A stretch of DNA of 56,884 nucleotides from Planctomycetaceae bacterium (GTDB lineage: Bacteria; Planctomycetota; Planctomycetia; Pirellulales; UBA1268), in NCBI GenBank assembly GCA_046075685.1, contig JBJTQP010000208.1, positions 1 to 56,884 of the forward strand. The letters are read 5' to 3'. The first letter of the stretch is position 1; each line of letters begins with the position of its first letter. A model generated the notes under the pieces. The model was not told the DNA's origin. It worked only from the letters and a program-made list of their open reading frames with translations, and searched no databases. Of this stretch, positions 18,565 to 28,481 are shown piece after piece. The position numbers and the translations under genes are program-made.

Positions 18565-18939
18565 ATGAGCCACGCCCCCCCGCAGCCGTCGCTGTTCAGC
18601 GTCGAACTCCGCACCACGCGGTGGGAGATGCTCGTCGACTGGTATCGCGACGTGGTCGGGCTGAAGGTGCTCCTCCGGGTGGAGGACGACCGCTATGCCC
18701 TGCTCGATGCCGGCTGCACGCGGCTGGCGATCATGGGCAGGGCGTCACCCGGCGAGCCGAGCGGCCGCTGGAGCCTGGGCTTCGAGACCGACGACCTCGA
18801 CGCCGCCGCACTCCGGCTCGGTGCGGCGGCCGCCAGCCCGCCGCGGACGAATCCCGAAGGCTTCCGCGAACTGGTGGCCCACGATCCCGACGGCAACAAG
18901 CTCCGGCTCTTCTCCTGGGCACCGGGCCATCACGGATGA
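18565..18939 (+). CDS. VOC/glyoxalase family protein
   Basis: WYRDVVGL, FETDDLDAA, HDPDGNKLRL. Confidence 0.85.
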   Translation: MSHAPPQPSLFSVELRTTRWEMLVDWYRDVVGLKVLLRVEDDRYALLDAGCTRLAIMGRASPGEPSGRWSLGFETDDLDAAALRLGAAAASPPRTNPEGFRELVAHDPDGNKLRLFSWAPGHHG

Positions 18940-19493
18940 CATCCCCCGAGACACCGACCCCCGCCCTGATCGGCATCCTCACGGTCTCCGACCGGGCCAG
19001 CCGCGGCGCGTATGCCGACGAGGGGGGGCCGGCGATCCGCGACTATCTCCGCGAGGTGCTCGCCAGCCCGTGGGAGCCGCGGGAGCGGATCGTGCCCGAC
19101 GACCTCGACACGATCGCCGCCGCGATCCGTGATCTGGCCGCGGCGGGCTGCTGCCTGATCGTGACCACCGGCGGCACCGGCCCGGCGCCCCGCGACGTCA
19201 CGCCCGAGGCCACCGAGCGGGTCTGCACGCGGCTGCTCCCCGGCTTCGGCGAGCTGATGCGGCAGGAGTCGCTCAAGTATGTCCCGACCGCGATCCTCTC
19301 CCGGCAGACGGCGGGCGTCTGCGGCTCGGCGCTCGTCGTGAATCTTCCCGGCCGGCCGCGGAGCATCCGCCAGTGCCTCGACGCGGTCTTTCCGGCGATC
19401 CCCTACTGCATCGATTTGATCCACACGGGCGTGCCGGCACCGCCGCGGCTCGACACGCAGCCGGATCGCATGGTCGCCTTCCGGCCGGGATGA
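18936..19493 (+). CDS. mog: Molybdopterin adenylyltransferase
   Basis: TVSDRAS, TTGGTGPAPRDVTPEAT, PGFGELMR, TAILSRQ, NLPG; ATGA overlap with VOC gene. Confidence 0.95.
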   Translation: MTSPETPTPALIGILTVSDRASRGAYADEGGPAIRDYLREVLASPWEPRERIVPDDLDTIAAAIRDLAAAGCCLIVTTGGTGPAPRDVTPEATERVCTRLLPGFGELMRQESLKYVPTAILSRQTAGVCGSALVVNLPGRPRSIRQCLDAVFPAIPYCIDLIHTGVPAPPRLDTQPDRMVAFRPG

Positions 19494-19546
19494 ACGCCCT
19501 TTCCCCCGAGAGGGCTCGGAACACATCGGGGTTCGCCGGCCGTAAG

Positions 19547-19621
19547 TGGTGTAAATCGCCCCATGTGCCGCAGACCCACTGGAGTGAATCGCCCCAGCGG
19601 GTGGAGCGATTCGCTCCACCC
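19547..19621. promoter_or_regulatory. Three phased 17 bp palindromic sites (consensus TGGAGCGA-W-TCGCTCCA)
   Basis: TGGTGTAAATCGCCCCA (19547), TGGAGTGAATCGCCCCA (19580), TGGAGCGATTCGCTCCA (19602); the third extends to a perfect palindrome 19599-19621. Confidence 0.5.
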
Positions 19622-19790
19622 TCCTGCGACATCGGCTAGCAGCCGACGGCGCGCTGTCAACGATCCGGTCATTGATTCGTCCGGGCTTTTCCGCTTCGTC
19701 GACGTTTTCCATCACACGCGGTAGGCATGCACCGGCTCGCCCCAGTCATCTCGGCACAGGATTTGCAACCGATGACCCGGAGGAACAGTC

Positions 19791-22136
19791 GTGCGTTGTT
19801 TCCGCGGGGACGGGGCATCCTGGACGTCGCATCGATGGCAAGCCTGCGGCCTGCTGCGGCGCCGTGCGCCGCGGATCGTGATGCTCGTCGTGGGGTGCTC
19901 TCTTGCCGCCGCCGACGCAGGGGCAGGTTCCGTGACGAGCACAGGGGTTTTCACCTTCGGCACCTCGGGCAACGTCGCGTCGTTCGCCTACAACGGCTCC
20001 CCGATCGCGAATCTCGCGGTTGGCAATCTGATCAAAGTCCGCGCCACGTCCTCGTCGAGTTCCGGCAACTTCAGGGCGAACGGCTGGCCACTCGACACCA
20101 GTGGCACAAGCAGTCTGCTCGCCGGGGCACCGGATCCGGGCACGTATTTTGGATTCACCCTCAGTGCGACTTCCGGATACACCTTCGACATCGACAGCGT
20201 CACGTTCGGTTTTGGACGCAGTTCCACGGGGCCGCGAAGCTCGCAGTGGCGATCAAACGTCGACGCCTACGAGGCGCCCATCGGGAGCTATTCGTCACTG
20301 GGCTCGGGCGGTCTGTTCACGACCTCCGGAGATGCCCTGCACTTCGTGACCGATTCCACCGCAACGACCGGCACGAACGTCGTGCTGACGATGTCCGGGA
20401 GTTCAAGCGCCTATCAGGGCCTCTCGTCGATCGACCTCCGATGGTATGCCTACAACGCGGAGGCCTCCGGCGGCACGGGCGGCTTTCAAGGTCCGCTGAG
20501 CTTCACCGTGACCGTCAACTCGTCAGGTCCCAGCACGCCGATCAGTTCCTATGACCCTCCTGCAGGCTATTACATCTCGGCAACCGGCACCGGGTCCACA
20601 CTCAAAGCCCAGCTCAATGCGATCATCGACGACCATGTCGTCTTCACGTACGATCAGGCTCGATCGGCCCTGCAAGTCACCGACGCCGATCCTGCGAGGC
20701 CCGGGCATGTGCTGCTCGTCTACGATCGGACGTCGCTCGATGCCTCGGCCTTGAATTCCGCCGGCCCGATCCCCGGCTGGAACAACGGCATCTCTTGGAA
20801 CCGCGAACACACCTGGGCGGACTCCCGCGGACTCGCGGGGAACGGACCCGACTACAGCGACCTGCATCACTTGCGGGCGGCGACGCCGTCGGTCAACTCG
20901 TCGCGGGGCAACAAGAACTTCGGTGGCGCCTATGGCGCGCAACCCTACGGTGCGGTCAACGATGGTGGCGCCGCCGTCTGGTATCCCGGCAACGCTGACG
21001 CCGGGATGGTCGCGCGGCACGAGTTCTACATGGCGACGCGCTACGACGGGGCAGACGCGTTGACGGCCGACCTCGAACTTCTACCGGGCGATCCAAGTGA
21101 GGCCCAGGGGCTCGGAAGCCTGACCAGGATGATCGAGTGGCACTACCACGCGGCTCCCGATGAGTTTGAACTCCGCCGCAACCAGATCATCTACAGCGAC
21201 TACCAGAAGAACCGGAACCCTTATATCGACAATCCCGAGTACGTCTGGAGCGTATTCGTCGATCAGGTCAACGACAGCCAACTCTACGTGGGTTCGACCC
21301 CGGCCGCCTCGGGGTCGTCGACGCTCGATGTCAATCTCGGTCGGGTGATCGTCAACGGGACCGTGCCGGCTGCACAGACCGTCATCCTGCGACGACGTGG
21401 CAATGACGGCACCTATTACCGCGTCTCCACGTCGGGCAGCGCGACGAGCAGTGTCACGGGAAAGTTCAATGCCTTTCCGATCAACGCATCCGGATCCGAC
21501 TCACGAGCTCTTGCAGTTGGACTCAACACCACCACAGCCACGGCCGGCCCGAAGACGGGATCCGTCTTGATCGACAATCTCGACATCACGACCGAGGCAG
21601 GTGCCGGACGGGGAGCCAACGACGAAAATGATCTTGTCGCCGTCTCGCTGGCCGTGCTTCATCCCGCCATGCCCTCGTTCCTGGCCGGCGGCACCAGCAG
21701 TGCGCTCATCCTCGACTTCGGCACCCTGACACAGGGGACGTCCTCCAGCCTGCTTTCGTTCGACATCTTCAATCTTGCCGGCGATCTTGGCGCCTTGTGG
21801 ACGGCGGGCCTCGACCTCGACGAAGTCACGGAGACCGACGCTGCGGGGGTCTTCACGACCTCGCTGCTGCCGTTTCTGAATCTCAGTTCCGGGTCGTCAT
21901 GGACTGCGAGCGTCAGCATGGGCACATCGATGCTCGGTACTTTCGCGGGCTCCTATCTCCTCAGCCTGTCGGACGAGAATCTGTCCGGTGCCACGTCGAA
22001 ATCGATGTCGATCTCGGTCACCGGCACCATCGTCCCGGTGCCGGAGCCATGGGCACTCGGCCTGGTCGGGGTCGGCTGGCTGCTGGCGCTGGGACGCGTC
22101 CGGCGACGAAGCAGGCACGGCCACCAGACACGCTGA
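19791..22136 (+). CDS. Secreted endonuclease I (EndA/NucM/Bsn-type) family protein with PEP-CTERM anchor
   Basis: GGAGG before GTG; signal-like N-terminus; WNREHTW, DLHHLR..VNSSRGN, GMVARHEFYMATRY, ELRRNQII..QKNRNPYID; C-terminal VPEPW + TM + RRRSR. Confidence 0.9.
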   Translation: MRCFRGDGASWTSHRWQACGLLRRRAPRIVMLVVGCSLAAADAGAGSVTSTGVFTFGTSGNVASFAYNGSPIANLAVGNLIKVRATSSSSSGNFRANGWPLDTSGTSSLLAGAPDPGTYFGFTLSATSGYTFDIDSVTFGFGRSSTGPRSSQWRSNVDAYEAPIGSYSSLGSGGLFTTSGDALHFVTDSTATTGTNVVLTMSGSSSAYQGLSSIDLRWYAYNAEASGGTGGFQGPLSFTVTVNSSGPSTPISSYDPPAGYYISATGTGSTLKAQLNAIIDDHVVFTYDQARSALQVTDADPARPGHVLLVYDRTSLDASALNSAGPIPGWNNGISWNREHTWADSRGLAGNGPDYSDLHHLRAATPSVNSSRGNKNFGGAYGAQPYGAVNDGGAAVWYPGNADAGMVARHEFYMATRYDGADALTADLELLPGDPSEAQGLGSLTRMIEWHYHAAPDEFELRRNQIIYSDYQKNRNPYIDNPEYVWSVFVDQVNDSQLYVGSTPAASGSSTLDVNLGRVIVNGTVPAAQTVILRRRGNDGTYYRVSTSGSATSSVTGKFNAFPINASGSDSRALAVGLNTTTATAGPKTGSVLIDNLDITTEAGAGRGANDENDLVAVSLAVLHPAMPSFLAGGTSSALILDFGTLTQGTSSSLLSFDIFNLAGDLGALWTAGLDLDEVTETDAAGVFTTSLLPFLNLSSGSSWTASVSMGTSMLGTFAGSYLLSLSDENLSGATSKSMSISVTGTIVPVPEPWALGLVGVGWLLALGRVRRRSRHGHQTR

Positions 22137-22156
22137 CGCCGGGCCCCGGATTCATT

Positions 22157-23182
22157 TCAACCCGCGATTGCCCGGGCGATCTCGGGGGCGAAGTAGGTGA
22201 GGATCCCGTCAGCCCCGGCCCGCTTGATCACCAGCACGCTCTCCAAGGCCGCCTTCGCACCATCCAGCCAGCCGTTCTCAGCCGCCGCGCGGATCATCGC
22301 GTACTCGCCGCTCACCTGATAGGCGAAGGTGGGCACGCCGAAGGTGGTCTTCACCCGGTGGATCACGTCGAGCGACGTGCCCGCCGGCTTCACCATCACC
22401 ATGTCGGCCCCCTCGGCCACGTCGAGGGCCACCTCCCGCAGCGCCTCGTCGGCGTTGGCGACGTCCATCTGGTAGGTCTGCTTGTCGCCCACGCCGCGGC
22501 CGGCGGCCGTGCCCAGGGCGGCGGCGCTGCCCACTGCGTCGCGAAACGGACCGTAGAACGCAGACGCATACTTCGCCGCGTAGGAGAGGATCGCCACGTC
22601 GTCGTGCTCGTGCTCGTCGAGTGCCAGCCGCAGCGACCCCACCCGGCCATCCATCATGTCGGAGGGCGCCACCACGTGGCAGCCGGCCGCGGCGAGCACC
22701 ACGGCCTGCCGGCAGAGCGCCTCCACGGTCTCGTCGTTGACGATCTGGCCATCTTTCAGCAGGCCGTCGTGGCCGTGGCTCGTGTAGGGATCGAGGGCCA
22801 CGTCGCAGATCACGCCCAGGGCGTCGCCGTATTCCCGGCGGACGGCCCGCACCGTGCGGCAGGCGAGGTTCTCGGGATCGAAGGCGTGGGCCGCGTCGTC
22901 GGTCTTCCGCGCCGCCTCGACCACCGGGAACAGCGCGATCGCCGGAATGCCGAGCCTGAGCGCCTCGCCGGCCGCCCGGAGGACGCCCTCGATCGGCAGC
23001 CGCTCGACGCCCGGCATGCTGGCCACGGGCACGCTCGCCTCGCCATCGTGCACGAACAGCGGCCAGACGAGGTCGGCCGGTGCGAGCGTCGTCTCGGCGA
23101 CGGTCCGGCGGAGCCACCCGTGCCGCCTGGTGCGGCGCAGGCGGGTGTCGGGATACCGGCCGGGAAAGGGCTGCCGCGTCAC
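22157..23182 (-). CDS. hemB: Porphobilinogen synthase (Asp-rich, Zn-independent type)
   Basis: RLRRTR, DVALDPYTSHGHDG, APSDMMDGR, YAAKYAS.FYGPFR, MVKP, YQVSGEY; GTG start overlaps queD stop. Confidence 0.97.
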   Translation of the reverse strand: MTRQPFPGRYPDTRLRRTRRHGWLRRTVAETTLAPADLVWPLFVHDGEASVPVASMPGVERLPIEGVLRAAGEALRLGIPAIALFPVVEAARKTDDAAHAFDPENLACRTVRAVRREYGDALGVICDVALDPYTSHGHDGLLKDGQIVNDETVEALCRQAVVLAAAGCHVVAPSDMMDGRVGSLRLALDEHEHDDVAILSYAAKYASAFYGPFRDAVGSAAALGTAAGRGVGDKQTYQMDVANADEALREVALDVAEGADMVMVKPAGTSLDVIHRVKTTFGVPTFAYQVSGEYAMIRAAAENGWLDGAKAALESVLVIKRAGADGILTYFAPEIARAIAG

Positions 23183-23685
23183 GGGCTCCTCCCGTCCACG
23201 ACCACGACCGCGCCGATCGGCACGGGGGAGGCCATCGGCCGGCCCACGAGCGTGGCCACGGCGCATGACTCGTCTGTCTCCCAGAGCGTCACGCGACGAG
23301 CGATCACGCCAAGGCCCGCAAGCACGTGGGGCGCCACCACCTCGAGCAGGTAGCGGGCCATGTTCTCGGCCGTGGGATTCCACGGCAGCACGAAATACTT
23401 CGTCGGCTCCGCGACCCTGACGGCGGCGAGCGTGGTCTCGTCCTTCTCGAAGAGGATGAAGGCGTGATCCCAGTGCTCGTCGAGCCAGCCGAGCATCCGC
23501 CTCTTGATGAGCGAGAAGTCGACCACGCGGCCCACGTCGTCGACGGCCACGCCGCCCCCTTCCGCCTCCACCTCGATGTCGACACGGTAGTTGTGGCCAT
23601 GGAGGTAGGCGCAGCGGCCCTCGTGGCCGTAGAGCCTGTGACCGGCGCAGAACGAGAGGTGCCGGACGAGCGAGAGGTGCGTCAC
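23179..23685 (-). CDS. queD: 6-carboxytetrahydropterin synthase / PTPS family
   Basis: FCAGHRL..HEGRCAYLHGHNY, VVDFS, WDH, NPTAEN, WET. Confidence 0.88.
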   Translation of the reverse strand: MTHLSLVRHLSFCAGHRLYGHEGRCAYLHGHNYRVDIEVEAEGGGVAVDDVGRVVDFSLIKRRMLGWLDEHWDHAFILFEKDETTLAAVRVAEPTKYFVLPWNPTAENMARYLLEVVAPHVLAGLGVIARRVTLWETDESCAVATLVGRPMASPVPIGAVVVVDGRSP

Positions 23686-24518
23686 GCCGAAACCTCGGCG
23701 AGGGTCTCGATGCGGATCGGACGGATGTCGAACTTGGGGTTCTGGCCGAGGAACCGGCAGGGGTTGTTGTGGAACACCTCGAGCGCCTCCTGGAGCGAAT
23801 GGCCGCGGCGGCGGAACTCGAGGATGCACTCCTGGAGCGTGAACGGGTCGCTCGGCCCCCAGTCGGCCGAGGAGTTCACGAGGATGCGGTCGGTGCCGTA
23901 CGTCTCCAGCATGTCGACGGCCCGCTTCGGTGAGCACTTGGTGATCGGATAGAGCGTGAAGCCCACCCAGTAGCCGGCGTCGAGGCAGGGCTTGATCGTC
24001 TGCTCCTCGACATGGTCGATCCAGATCCGCTCCGGATCGACGTTCATGCCGGCGAGCACCTCGAGCACCTTCCTGGTGCCGTGGGCCTTGTCGGCGAGAT
24101 GGGGCGTGTGGATCAGCACGAGTTGCCCATGCTTCAGCGCGAGGTCCACATGGGCCTCGAGCGACTCGCATTCGTTCTTCGTCGACTTGTGCAGCCCCGT
24201 CTCCCCCACGCCGAGCACCGTCGGCTTGGCGAAGAACTCGGGAAAGTGCTCGAGCACCGCGCGGGTGAGCGTGGGGTTCTCGGCCTCCTTGGGGTTCACC
24301 GCCACCCAGCAGAAGTGGCGAATGCCGTACTGGGCCGCGCGGGTCGGCTCGAACTCCGAGATCTGCCGGAAGTAGTCGATGAAGGTCTCGGGGTAGAGCC
24401 GGTCGAAGCCGGCCCAGAAGGCGGGCTCGGCCACGGCCACGACGCCGCTCATCGCCATCCGCTCGTAGTCCTGGGCGGTGCGGGCGATCGCGTGGTAATG
24501 GGGCTGGATGATCTGCAT
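23682..24518 (-). CDS. TatD-family metal-dependent hydrolase (EboB-like)
   Basis: PHYHAIART.QDYERM, EPAFW, NPKEA, VGETG, IHTPH, IDH, VNSSADWGPSDP. Confidence 0.88.
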   Translation of the reverse strand: MQIIQPHYHAIARTAQDYERMAMSGVVAVAEPAFWAGFDRLYPETFIDYFRQISEFEPTRAAQYGIRHFCWVAVNPKEAENPTLTRAVLEHFPEFFAKPTVLGVGETGLHKSTKNECESLEAHVDLALKHGQLVLIHTPHLADKAHGTRKVLEVLAGMNVDPERIWIDHVEEQTIKPCLDAGYWVGFTLYPITKCSPKRAVDMLETYGTDRILVNSSADWGPSDPFTLQECILEFRRRGHSLQEALEVFHNNPCRFLGQNPKFDIRPIRIETLAEVSA

Positions 24519-24544
24519 GTCGCGGCTCCGCTGACGGGAAGCGG

Positions 24545-24781
24545 TCAGACCTGGGCGAAGCGTTCGAGCAGGGCCACGGTTCGCTCCGGCCCCGGCCGCT
24601 CGGCGGAGAGCATCCTCAGGGCCTCCCGCAGCGCCGAGAGCTTCGCCGTGGCCGCCGACCCAGGCCCGCGACCCTCCCGGGCCACGGCGGCGTCGAGCCG
24701 GTCGAGCAGGGCGGCGATTTCGAGCAGCTGGTGACGGGCTTCGAGAAAATAGGTCTCGACGACCTGGTCGGGCGAGAGCAT
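24545..24781 (-). CDS. Small conserved helical hypothetical protein
   Basis: FLEARHQLLEIAALLDRLD pattern, GC3-rich codons, co-oriented just upstream of the TatD gene. Confidence 0.7.
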   Translation of the reverse strand: MLSPDQVVETYFLEARHQLLEIAALLDRLDAAVAREGRGPGSAATAKLSALREALRMLSAERPGPERTVALLERFAQV

Positions 24782-24909
24782 GCGGCACCGGGGGAGGATG
24801 CGAGGAACCGGGTTTGCGGGGCGGACCGGGTTTTCGGAACGGAAGGTTGTCCGCTACATAATACCCTCATGATCGGCGAAAACCGCCCCGCCCCGCTGCG
24901 ACCCACACC

Positions 24910-25965
24910 ATGATCCTGGTCACCGGCGGCGCCGGCTTCATCGGCTCCAACTTCGTGCTCGAATGGCTCGCCGGCGGCGGCGAGCCGGTCGTCAACCTCG
25001 ACAAGCTCACCTACGCCGGCAATGTCCGGAATCTCGACGCCGTCCGGGACGACCCCCGGCACACCTTCGTCCGCGGCGACATCGCCGACCGGCCGCTCGT
25101 CGAGGGGCTGCTCGCCGATCACAGGATCCGGGCCGTCGTCCACTTCGCCGCCGAGAGCCACGTCGACCGCTCGATCCACGGCCCGGCCGACTTCATCGAC
25201 ACGAACATCGTCGGCACATTCCGCCTGCTCGAGGCCGTGCGTTCCTACTGGACCAGCCTGTCGCCGGCGGACAAGGAGGCGTTCCGGTTCCTGCACGTCT
25301 CGACCGACGAGGTGTTCGGCACGCTTACGGCGTCCGACCCGCCGTTCCGCGAGACCAACCAGTACCTGCCCAACAGCCCCTACGCGGCGAGCAAGGCGGC
25401 TTCCGATCACCTGGTCCGCGGCTACCACCACACCTACGGCCTGCCGGTCCTGACCACGAACTGCTCCAACAACTACGGCCCCTGGCAGTTTCCGGAGAAG
25501 CTCATCCCGCTGATCATCGCCAACGCCCTCGCCGGCAAGCCGCTACCGATCTACGGCGACGGCATGCAGGTTCGCGACTGGCTCTACGTCGGCGACCACT
25601 GCTCGGCGATCCGGCGGGTGCTCGAGGCCGGCCGCCTCGGCGAGGTGTACTGCATCGGCGGCTCGAGCGAGAAGCCGAACCTCGAGGTCGTGAACACGCT
25701 CTGCGGCATCCTCGACGCGGAGCGGCCGCGGGCCGACGGGCGGCCCTACGCGGCGCAGATCACCTCCGTGAAGGATCGCCCGGGCCACGACCGCCGCTAC
25801 GCCATCGACGCCCGGAAAATCGGCACGGAGCTCGGCTGGAAGCCAGCGGAGACGTTTGAGACCGGCCTCCGCCGTACCGTCCGCTGGTACCTCGACCACC
25901 AGGACTGGGTGGCCGACGTGACCAGTGGTGGCTACCGCGACTGGATCGCGAAGCACTACGGCTGA
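24910..25965 (+). CDS. rfbB: dTDP-glucose 4,6-dehydratase
   Basis: ILVTGGAGFIGSNF, DKLTYAGN, AAESHVDRSI, HVSTDEV, SPYAASKA, DRPGHDRRYA. Confidence 0.98.
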   Translation: MILVTGGAGFIGSNFVLEWLAGGGEPVVNLDKLTYAGNVRNLDAVRDDPRHTFVRGDIADRPLVEGLLADHRIRAVVHFAAESHVDRSIHGPADFIDTNIVGTFRLLEAVRSYWTSLSPADKEAFRFLHVSTDEVFGTLTASDPPFRETNQYLPNSPYAASKAASDHLVRGYHHTYGLPVLTTNCSNNYGPWQFPEKLIPLIIANALAGKPLPIYGDGMQVRDWLYVGDHCSAIRRVLEAGRLGEVYCIGGSSEKPNLEVVNTLCGILDAERPRADGRPYAAQITSVKDRPGHDRRYAIDARKIGTELGWKPAETFETGLRRTVRWYLDHQDWVADVTSGGYRDWIAKHYG

Positions 25966-25982
25966 CGGAGCGGCGCAAGGCC

Positions 25983-26879
25983 ATGCGGATCCTGCTCGTC
26001 GGCACGGGAGGCCAGGTCGGCCGCGAACTGCGGGGCCAGCTCGCGGCGCTCGGCGACCTCATGGCCCTCGACCGCGCCGCCGCCGACCTCGAGCGGCCCG
26101 CCGAGGTCGTGGCGCTGCTGCATCGCGAGCGGCCCGATGTGATCGTCAACGCGGCCGCCTACACGGCGGTGGACAAGGCGGAAAGCGAGCCCGAGCGGGC
26201 CCGGCTCGTCAACGCCACCGCCGTCGGCGCCCTGGCAGAGACGGCGGCCGCGCTCGACGCGACGCTCGTGCACTATTCCACCGACTACATCTACGACGGT
26301 ACGAAGCCGGGCCGCTATGTCGAGACCGACGAGCCGCAGCCGCTCTCCGTCTACGGCCGGACGAAGCTCGAGGGGGAGCAGGCCGTCGCCGCCTCGGGCT
26401 GCCGCCACTGGATCTTCCGCACCACCTGGGTCTACGCCGCCCACGGCCACAACTTCGTCCGCACGATGCTCCGCCTTGGCCGGGAGCGGGACGAACTCCG
26501 CGTGGTCGACGATCAGGTCGGGGTGCCCACGTCCGCCCGGCTGATCGCCCGCGTGACGGCCGACTGCGTGGGACGGCTCGCCGGGGGCGCGGCCCCTGCC
26601 ACCGGGATCTACCACCTCGCCCCGCACGGCGAGACCACCTGGTGCCGGTTCGCCCGGGCGATCCTTGCCGGCGCCCGCGACCGCGGGGCGGCCCTCCGCT
26701 GTCCACCCGAGCGGGTGGCGGCGATCGCCACCGCCGACTATCCGCTGCCCGCCCGGCGGCCGGCGAACTCGCTCCTCGACGTCACGAAGCTGGAAACTGC
26801 CCTCAACATCCGGCTGCCCGGGTGGCAAGATGATGTGGCCCCCGTCGTCGCGGCCCTGATGGCCGAATCCGCACCCTGA
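25983..26879 (+). CDS. rfbD: dTDP-4-dehydrorhamnose reductase
   Basis: GTGGQVG, NAAAYTAVDKAE, HYSTDY, YGRTKLEGE, VVDDQVG.PT, ARRPANS. Confidence 0.97.
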   Translation: MRILLVGTGGQVGRELRGQLAALGDLMALDRAAADLERPAEVVALLHRERPDVIVNAAAYTAVDKAESEPERARLVNATAVGALAETAAALDATLVHYSTDYIYDGTKPGRYVETDEPQPLSVYGRTKLEGEQAVAASGCRHWIFRTTWVYAAHGHNFVRTMLRLGRERDELRVVDDQVGVPTSARLIARVTADCVGRLAGGAAPATGIYHLAPHGETTWCRFARAILAGARDRGAALRCPPERVAAIATADYPLPARRPANSLLDVTKLETALNIRLPGWQDDVAPVVAALMAESAP

Positions 26880-26897
26880 TCACGGCAGCATCCTCGC

Positions 26898-27779
26898 ATG
26901 CAGTCACGCAAAGGCATCATCCTCGCCGGCGGCGCCGGCTCGCGGCTCCATCCGGTCACGCTCGCCGTCTCGAAGCAGCTGATGCCGGTCTACGACAAGC
27001 CGATGATCTACTACCCGCTGAGCGTGCTGCTGCTCGCGGGCATCCGTGAGATCCTCGTGATCTCCACGCCGCAGGACACGCCGCGGTTCCGCGAACTACT
27101 CGGCGACGGCGCCGGCTGGGGCGTCGACATCCGCTACGCCGTGCAGCCGAAGCCGGAGGGCCTCGCCCAGGCCTTCGTGATCGGCAGTGACTTCGTGGGC
27201 GACGGTCCCTCCGTGCTCGTGCTCGGCGACAACATCTTCTACGGCCACGGCCTCAGCGACCGGCTCCGCAGCGCCGGCCGGCAGACGACCGGCGCCACGG
27301 TGTTCGCCTATCCCGTCGCCGATCCGGAGCGGTACGGCGTGGTCGAGTTCGACGCCCGCGGCCGGGCGAAGTCGATCGAGGAGAAGCCCCGGGAGCCCAA
27401 GAGCCGGTTCGCAGTGACCGGTCTCTACTTCTACGATCCCCAGGTGGTGGAGATCGCCCGGACCATGAAGCCCAGCGCCCGCGGCGAGTTCGAGATCACC
27501 GACGTCAACCGCGTCTACCTCGAGCGCGACCAGCTCGACGTGCAGGTGATGGGCCGAGGCGACGCCTGGCTCGACACCGGCACGCACGACAGCCTGCTCG
27601 AGGCGGGGCAGTTCATCCAGTCGCTCGAGAAGCGGCAGGGGCTCAAGATCTGCTGCCCGGAGGAGATCGCCTGGCGAAACGGCTGGATCGACGACACCCA
27701 GCTCGAGGCGATCGCCACCCCGCTGGCCAAGAGCGGCTACGGCCGCTACCTCCTCGACCTCAGGGACGAGGGCCAATGA
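26898..27779 (+). CDS. rfbA: Glucose-1-phosphate thymidylyltransferase
   Basis: [35 protein letters not shown]. Confidence 0.98.
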   Translation: MQSRKGIILAGGAGSRLHPVTLAVSKQLMPVYDKPMIYYPLSVLLLAGIREILVISTPQDTPRFRELLGDGAGWGVDIRYAVQPKPEGLAQAFVIGSDFVGDGPSVLVLGDNIFYGHGLSDRLRSAGRQTTGATVFAYPVADPERYGVVEFDARGRAKSIEEKPREPKSRFAVTGLYFYDPQVVEIARTMKPSARGEFEITDVNRVYLERDQLDVQVMGRGDAWLDTGTHDSLLEAGQFIQSLEKRQGLKICCPEEIAWRNGWIDDTQLEAIATPLAKSGYGRYLLDLRDEGQ

Positions 27780-28327
27780 ACGTCACGCCGACCGACCTGC
27801 CGGGCGTGGTCGTCATCGAGCCGCGGGTGTTCGAGGATGCGCGGGGCTTCTTTCTCGAGAGCTTCAACCACGCCGGCTTCGAGCAGGCGCTCGGCGGCTC
27901 CGCGGCGTTCGTCCAGGACAACCAGAGCCACAGCCGGGCCCGCGTCCTCCGCGGTCTCCACTACCAGGTCGACAGGCCGCAGGGAAAGCTCGTCCGCGTC
28001 CTCCAGGGGGCGATCTGGGACGTGGCGGTCGACATCCGCCCCGACTCGCCCGCCTTCGGCCGCTGGACCGCCGTGGAACTCTCGGCGGAGAACCGCCGGC
28101 AGCTCTGGGTGCCGCCAGGCCTCGCGCACGGCTTCCTCGTGCTCTCCGAGTCGGCAGACGTGCTCTACAAGACGACCGACTACTACTCGCCCCCGGGCGA
28201 GCGGTGCATCGTCTGGAACGATCCCGACCTGGCGATCGCCTGGCCGCTCGCGGGCGAGCCCGTGGTGTCGGCGAAGGATCGGCAGGGCCTGGCGTTCGCC
28301 GCCGCGGTGCCGCAGGTGCGATCGTAG
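27776..28327 (+). CDS. rfbC: dTDP-4-dehydrorhamnose 3,5-epimerase
   Basis: [43 protein letters not shown]. Confidence 0.97.
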   Translation: MNVTPTDLPGVVVIEPRVFEDARGFFLESFNHAGFEQALGGSAAFVQDNQSHSRARVLRGLHYQVDRPQGKLVRVLQGAIWDVAVDIRPDSPAFGRWTAVELSAENRRQLWVPPGLAHGFLVLSESADVLYKTTDYYSPPGERCIVWNDPDLAIAWPLAGEPVVSAKDRQGLAFAAAVPQVRS

Positions 28328-28402
28328 CGGTCGTAGCACGCATGGGGGCATGGTGGTCATGCGGGTCATGGCGATCGACCGGTGGCGCGGGCCCGGCATT
28401 TC

Positions 28403-28430
28403 TTGACTCGATCCCACCCACGGGTACGGT
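28403..28430 (+). promoter_or_regulatory. Possible sigma-70 promoter for the sulfotransferase-GT gene
   Basis: TTGACT-N16-TACGGT about 50 bp upstream of ATG 28482. Confidence 0.35.
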
Positions 28431-28481
28431 TGGTCGTGCCGCTCTCTGTCTGGCGGCGTCCTCTCCGGCCGCCCGCCCGCG

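Noticed and set aside
23179-24518. queD plus TatD as a 7-deazaguanine DNA-modification or Qat-type defence system
   Set aside because: No dpdA/tgt, queC or ATPase nearby; context is housekeeping hemB
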